A DNA stretch of 64,000 nucleotides, taken from NCBI RefSeq assembly GCF_009914755.1, contig NC_060935.1; one strand, given 5' to 3'. Of the stretch, positions 61,724 to 64,000 are shown in pieces. This stretch comes from the human T2T-CHM13v2.0 reference genome, Homo sapiens. The first letter of the stretch is position 1. Every line of letters starts with the position of its first letter. The position numbers were made by a program, and so were the translations under genes. A model generated the notes under the pieces. It did no database searches, was not told where the DNA came from, and was given only the letters and a program-made list of their open reading frames with translations.

Positions 61724-62682
61724 AGCTATAATTTGAATGTGTCCCCTCCAAAATTCAGCTATTAGGAATGTGACAGAATTAAGAGGTGGAGTCTTTAAGA
61801 GGTGATTAGGCTATTAGGCTCCTTCCTTATAAGTGGGATTGGGTCTATATAAAAGAGGCTTCAACCTAACAAAAAAGTGGTTGTCTTCAAGTCAAAGAGA
61901 GAGGTCTCAGGAGAAACCAAACCTGCTGACACTCTGATTTTGAACTCCCAGACTCCAGAACTGTGAGAAAATAAATTTCTGTTGTTTAAGCCACCCAGTC
62001 TGTATATTTGATTATGGCAGTCCTAGCAGACTAATGTACATACAGTTGATCCTTGAACAACTGAATATTAGTTTGAACTAATATGGGTCCACTTGGGTTT
62101 GAACTGCTAGGGTAGACTTGTGGATTTTTTTCAAAAAATATTACATCAAGTGTGCCTACATATCCTGTTTCCCCTTCCACCTACTCCACCTCTTCCACCT
62201 CTGCCATCTCTGAGACAGTAAAGACAAACTCTTCCCCTTCCTCCTCCTCCTCAGCCTACTCTAGGTAAAGACAATGGGAACGAAGACCTTCATGATAACC
62301 CACTTCCACTTAATGAATAGTACATGTATTTTCTCTGTCTTATGATTTTCTTAATAACATTTTATTTTTTCTAGCTTACTTTATTGTAAGAATTCAGTAT
62401 ATAATACATATAACATTTAGAAAAAGAGGCTTCATGCAGTGTTCGTCTAGCTTGCCCTTCAGCCTTTGGCCATGTGAGGACACTGCATTCCTCCACTCAG
62501 CAGGATGCAGCAGCTGGGCGCCATCTTGGAGACGGAGAGCAGCCCTCAACAGATACTGAATCTTTTGGTCCTTTGTTCTTGGACTTCCCAGCCTCCATAA
62601 CCGTGAAAAAATAAGTTTCTGTTTTTTATAAATTACCCAGTCTGTGGTATTTTGTTATAGCAGCATAAATAGACTAAGAGAA
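61724..62682 (+). mobile_element. MST-type LTR split by a 558-bp insertion (MLT1 3' end plus Tigger2-like 5' part)
   Basis: LTR 5' part at 61724-61863 resumes at 62422-62682; duplicated AAAAGAGGCTTCA at both junctions. Confidence 0.75.
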
Positions 62683-63699
62683 AAACCAAATCTATTGTTT
62701 TGTTTTACAAATGAAACTAGAAGATGTGTGCTGCTTCATGATTCAAGTCCTGGTTTTGTTGCTATTCTGGAGCACCAAAGAAAGAGTCACCATTGATGTC
62801 TGTTCTATGCAAGAGTGGAACCCTTCAAAAAGGAACAATTATGCACCATTACCAAAGAAAGAATATTCCTCCAGCTTCTGCTCATTTTCCACACTGTTCC
62901 ATCTGTCTGAAACTCTTAGCATTATGATGCACTCCAGTCCGTTGAGAGTTTTATAGTGTAACCAGCAATGGCACCAATGATTACTCTGAGAAAAACATGG
63001 CACATGGGAGAGTCCAAAAGCCTTTTATAAAGATAACACACCTGTGCCCTAGTGACCATGAGCAAAGAAAAATATCTCAAGGCCAATTCTGGCTTTCCAT
63101 TCTTATAAAGTATTCCTTAAATCATAAAGGGATCTGGTATTTGGCTAATGCGAGCACACAGAAGAGAAATAGCATTATAGCTGGAGTGTGAACCAATGCA
63201 AACCTTTGTTAAAGATGAGGAAACTGAGTCTCAGAAAAAGGAAGAGAAATAGTGAGCTAGTGTAGAGTTAGAACTAGGACTTCTATTGGGAACTTCTATT
63301 GGGATGGGGTTACATTTTGGATTGTTTATTGTTGGTAAGTAAGAAAACTATTAATTTTTTTCATTCTCTTCTGGGCAGATAAGCATATCACAAATGATGA
63401 TTTATATCCTGCTATCTAATATTTATCCCTTTTAATTTTCTTGCCTTAATATATTATTTATGATATGGAATAGTTGCAATTATGTGGGTTTTTCTTGTCT
63501 TGCTCCTGATATTAGTGAGAAGGCTTCTAATATTCTATCATTGGGAAAAACATTTTTTATAGGTAGGAATCCTTTATCAAGTCATGGAAATTTTCTTTTA
63601 TTCTTAACTTGCTAAGGGTTTTTCTTTTTTCTTTTCTTTCTTTCATTTGCTTGCTTGCTTGATTTGAGGGAGGAGTGTTGATTTTTTAAATATGGGAAG

Positions 63700-63915
63700 T
63701 TAGCACAATAACTAAGAGGTCTGTTTCTAGAGACCAACAGCCTAGATTTCAATCCTCGCTTCACTGTATACTGGTGGTGCATCCTTAAACAAGTTACTTA
63801 ACTGCCGTATCACTCAGGGAAATGTAAATATTACCTAACTAACAAAGTTGTGAGAATTAAATGAGATGATAGATATGAAGCTTATGGCACAGAAGTGCCC
63901 AGTATGTGTAACCTG
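63700..63915 (+). mobile_element. MIR
   Basis: CCTAGATTTCAATCCT...CAAGTTACTTAAC...GTTGTGAGAATTAAATGAGAT. Confidence 0.65.
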
Positions 63916-64000
63916 ACTACTAGTCAGCCTTGATTCTTATATTGGTATCCATGTCAAAGAGCTGCATAGAATCATGTGATCTTAGTTTGCATCTAGGCCA

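Overview
Mammalian (human-like) genomic DNA, consistent with the 11p15 CALCA locus. The first 2.7 kb holds the 5' half of CALCA (calcitonin/alpha-CGRP precursor) on the minus strand: non-coding exon 1, coding exons 2-3, and part of intron 3. Upstream are its promoter (AATAA box, CCAAT/GC box, CRE-like site, octamer, RREB-type site, full CRE), the E-box/HLH-octamer enhancer near -0.9 kb, and a CpG-rich island. The other ~60 kb is repeat-rich intergenic DNA with no other intact protein-coding gene. It contains (i) a ~9 kb block with an OR7E olfactory receptor pseudogene (probably OR7E41P) and a 4 kb SATR1/SATR2 satellite, bounded on both sides by plus-strand L1 sequence; (ii) a 16 kb LTR8/HUERS-P1-type ERV1 provirus (GGAG TSD, tRNA-Pro PBS) that contains an L1, which itself contains a complete THE1 element; (iii) a MER85 piggyBac MITE, a strong CTCF motif, Charlie/MER63/Tigger fossils, and many Alus and MaLR LTRs. 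I found no convincing new protein-coding system. The most unusual items are a 558-bp tail-less composite insertion flanked by a 13-bp L1-type TSD, the OR7E-SATR block apparently sitting inside one L1, and a possible gypsy-like pol fossil. Repeat subfamily names come from recognition and were not checked by a search.
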